Positions 27,216-29,192 of a stretch of 29,192 nt of DNA are shown piece by piece (position 1 is the first letter of the stretch; each line of letters starts with the position of its first letter). The notes beneath the pieces were generated by a model, which made no database searches, had not been told where the DNA came from, and worked only from the letters and a program-made list of their open reading frames with translations. Both the position numbers and the translations under genes were made by a program. Origin of the DNA: a virus (taxonomy: Duplodnaviria; Caudoviricetes); IMG/VR virus record IMGVR_UViG_3300020045_002701, positions 1 to 29,192 of that record. One strand, written 5' to 3'.

Positions 27216-27605
27216 TCATTCTCCCCAGTAATAATACTTATTATTATTATACTCTAATGTACTACAAATACTAAGACGAGAGGGTTGTTCTAGCATCTCG
27301 TAGATGTATGTCTCTACATCATCACCATTCACTGTTGCTTTAATCGTATTACGACGATACCAATCAGGGTGTCCTTCCAGACGATCACAACGAGCAACAT
27401 GATTGTCGTCTACTTCCCAAATTTCCCCTTTGATAGGAAGCATTGGAAACCCATCTCTGTATTTCGTATAAGCAATGGGGAAGCCACCATTAGCGAGAGC
27501 ATAGGATTTGTGTGAGTAAGCGTCTCCAACAAACCTAGCACCTTCAAGCAAACGATTGTTCCCCCAACCACGCTTCAATGTTCCATAAACCATAAGTAGT
27601 TTCAT
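27216..27605 (-). CDS. Gamma-glutamyl cyclotransferase (AIG2-like)
   Basis: VYGTLKRG..N..LL, GEIWEV and DRLEGHPDWYRR motifs. Confidence 0.93.
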   Translation of the reverse strand: MKLLMVYGTLKRGWGNNRLLEGARFVGDAYSHKSYALANGGFPIAYTKYRDGFPMLPIKGEIWEVDDNHVARCDRLEGHPDWYRRNTIKATVNGDDVETYIYEMLEQPSRLSICSTLEYNNNKYYYWGE

Positions 27606-27606
27606 A

Positions 27607-27924
27607 TTACATCCAATCTTCTAGGGGTTTAGTAGTAGGGGGGTTAAGCATAGCCTCAAACATAGCTTCAAAGAACTCGTAATTATACTCATAATCTGAG
27701 TAGGATTCAAAATCCTCCTCGTCAATCTCTATCCCATACTCTTGAAACAACTTAGCACACTCTCTCCATTCAAAAAGGTTTGAGAAAGTGTCTGTTGGGT
27801 CTTCCCGGTAATAGCTTAAGAAAACTTCCACCCCAAGCTCATCGTTGTCAAACCTAACCTGCTCAAAGTTACCGGGAGTTAACAGGATCATACCTGCTGT
27901 AATCCCTTCTGATCTTGTCACCAT
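27607..27924 (-). CDS. Tagged protein (ends KPLEDWM), family C
   Basis: Start MVTRSE at 27924 (TAATG); acidic. Confidence 0.8.
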   Translation of the reverse strand: MVTRSEGITAGMILLTPGNFEQVRFDNDELGVEVFLSYYREDPTDTFSNLFEWRECAKLFQEYGIEIDEEDFESYSDYEYNYEFFEAMFEAMLNPPTTKPLEDWM

Positions 27925-28142
27925 TACAACCAATCCTCAAGAGGTTTTGGTTTGGAGAGGACCAGATCAAAATAGGTTGTAGTCCAAGTAAATTCCACTT
28001 CTTCTAACGTGATAATGCTACCAGAAATCGTCTTAATCGTCACAACCTCGTCAACACCACGTAATCCTTTTCTACAAAAGGTTTTCCACAACCCCTCTTG
28101 GTCAATGAGTTTACGTCTAATTAAACTCCCTACAACAAACAT
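27924..28142 (-). CDS. Small tagged protein (ends KPLEDWL), SH3-like
   Basis: AGGAG SD; FVVGSLIRRK. Confidence 0.8.
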   Translation of the reverse strand: MFVVGSLIRRKLIDQEGLWKTFCRKGLRGVDEVVTIKTISGSIITLEEVEFTWTTTYFDLVLSKPKPLEDWL

Positions 28143-28151
28143 AGTTTTCTC

Positions 28152-28379
28152 CTACATATATGATGATAGGTCAATACCCTCAGAAGAGATGTATGGTTCA
28201 AAACATTTAGCTGCAAAAAGCTTTGTGCTTCCTACGAGCCAGAGTTCTACTAGGTTTTGATGGTCAACCACAAACACTGCATCAGCGGATGTCTCTATGG
28301 GCCTGTATCTCCCCCAAAAAGGGTCTTTTTGCGCCTCAACCTTCCTACGAACTTTTTGACCTCTGCTAAATGTTGTCAT
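28152..28379 (-). CDS. Small tagged protein (ends DLSSYM), SH3-like
   Basis: FSRGQKVRRK; motif variant. Confidence 0.8.
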   Translation of the reverse strand: MTTFSRGQKVRRKVEAQKDPFWGRYRPIETSADAVFVVDHQNLVELWLVGSTKLFAAKCFEPYISSEGIDLSSYM

Positions 28380-28465
28380 TTTCCCTTGCCTTTTTCAGCC
28401 TGCTTCTTCATCGCCTCTACAGCGTAGTCCCCCAATCACGAAATGCCATCTGCTTTTCCTTCCCG

Positions 28466-28699
28466 TTAAAGCCAATCAGTTAGCGGTTTTGGTTTAGGTC
28501 TTGAGATAAGAACAAAGCAGTTGTGGTCAAACCCACAACTAATCTCTTTAAATCTCAATACCCCCATATAGTTTTTAACTACTGTTAGAGGGCTGTTAGG
28601 AGAAATCTCTCCTGTCTTACAAGCATACAACCATGCAGGAGAATCCTGATATGTTTTGTGTCGCCTGACGACAGCTCCGGGTTGCATATCTTTTGTCAT
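28466..28699 (-). CDS. Small tagged protein (ends KPLTDWL), SH3-like
   Basis: MQPGAVVRRH; ATGA coupling. Confidence 0.8.
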   Translation of the reverse strand: MTKDMQPGAVVRRHKTYQDSPAWLYACKTGEISPNSPLTVVKNYMGVLRFKEISCGFDHNCFVLISRPKPKPLTDWL

Positions 28700-28953
28700 A
28701 ACCAGTCCTCTAGAGGCTTAGCCTCCACAGCAAAGTCAAACCATTTGGCTCTCCAAGCCCCCCTACCAATTAGGTGTCCTTGGTAGGTAACATGGACCTC
28801 ACAGTTCACCGACTCTTCTGCCAGAAGTCTAGTAATAGTAACAGCGGTATGTGGACTTACTCCTAAATCCTTCATGTATTCACACCAATGATTCCAACCA
28901 TAGCCGCTGTCTGGCTTACGGACAATCAAATCCCCAATTTTAAACTCTGCCAT
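28696..28953 (-). CDS. Small tagged protein (ends KPLEDWL), SH3-like
   Basis: GGAGG SD; FKIGDLIVRK. Confidence 0.8.
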   Translation of the reverse strand: MAEFKIGDLIVRKPDSGYGWNHWCEYMKDLGVSPHTAVTITRLLAEESVNCEVHVTYQGHLIGRGAWRAKWFDFAVEAKPLEDWL

Positions 28954-28964
28954 AACCCCTCCAA

Positions 28965-29147
28965 TTAACGTTCAAGAGAAAATTGTACGCACATCAAATC
29001 TTCCACCTTCAATCCTTGTTGTGTCAAATTCTCTGTGCCAATATCCAATTGTTTGACACATTCGTCATAGGTCTTAGATAGCTTGGGGGATTTTGCAACA
29101 ACACACTCATTGTGGCTATTGCATACCAACAAGAGAGCGAGGAACAT
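28965..29147 (-). CDS. Small Cys-containing protein with hydrophobic N-terminus
   Basis: AAGGAG SD; MFLALLLVC...C...YDEC...C pattern. Confidence 0.75.
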   Translation of the reverse strand: MFLALLLVCNSHNECVVAKSPKLSKTYDECVKQLDIGTENLTQQGLKVEDLMCVQFSLER

Positions 29148-29192
29148 TTGTCATCTCCTTATCAAATGATGTGATGTGGTGGGATGTTGTGC

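Noticed and set aside
13859-27266. 12-mer TAATGTACTACA at about 13859 and 27255 as a phage-sigma promoter
   Set aside because: Only two copies, both intragenic and antisense, so it cannot be distinguished from chance.
1308-28260. Many + strand ORFs (e.g. 10368-10874, 12054-12581, 19010-19501, 20348-20812)
   Set aside because: All lie opposite well-supported minus-strand genes and show no protein-family signatures.
13988-28953. LEDWM motif as purely an artefact of SD plus start-codon overlap
   Set aside because: Several copies use GAA codons or have an independent downstream SD yet keep Leu-5, aromatic-2 and the terminal position. Other coupled genes in the window lack the motif.
1-29192. 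tRNA, rRNA, intron, intein or stop-codon recoding
   Set aside because: No cloverleaf or intron-sized gap was seen; core enzymes have normal length and translate intact with the standard code.

Overview
Part of a lytic dsDNA phage genome, resembling phiEco32/Zobellviridae-type podoviruses by gene content (inference). An alphaproteobacterial host is plausible but unproven. Bases 1-1218 (+) are the end of a probable virion gene, closed by an intrinsic terminator. Everything else is one dense minus-strand arm. It contains (i) nucleotide metabolism genes: PhoH, class II RNR, MazG-like protein, adenine MTase, ThyX and DUF3310; (ii) replication genes: DnaQ-like and 5'-3' exonucleases, HNH nuclease, SSB-like protein, family A polymerase and primase-helicase; (iii) an ECF-like sigma factor; and (iv) a phiEco32-type peptide-ligase cluster with two COOH-NH2 ligases, class II and class I glutamine amidotransferases, an ATP-grasp ligase and a gamma-glutamyl cyclotransferase. 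The main unexplained signal is 16 small proteins from at least three sequence families that all end in the same motif, L-x-x-[WYH]-[MLE]-stop (consensus KPLEDWM). The motif is written with varying synonymous codons, and most of these genes flank or interleave the ligase cluster. I propose they form a modular adaptor or docking-tag system, which is a hypothesis. Also seen: an obligatory ATT start for the class II amidotransferase, a GC-rich two-gene insert with a Lar-like gene, an antisense sigma70-like promoter, and two probable frameshifts.
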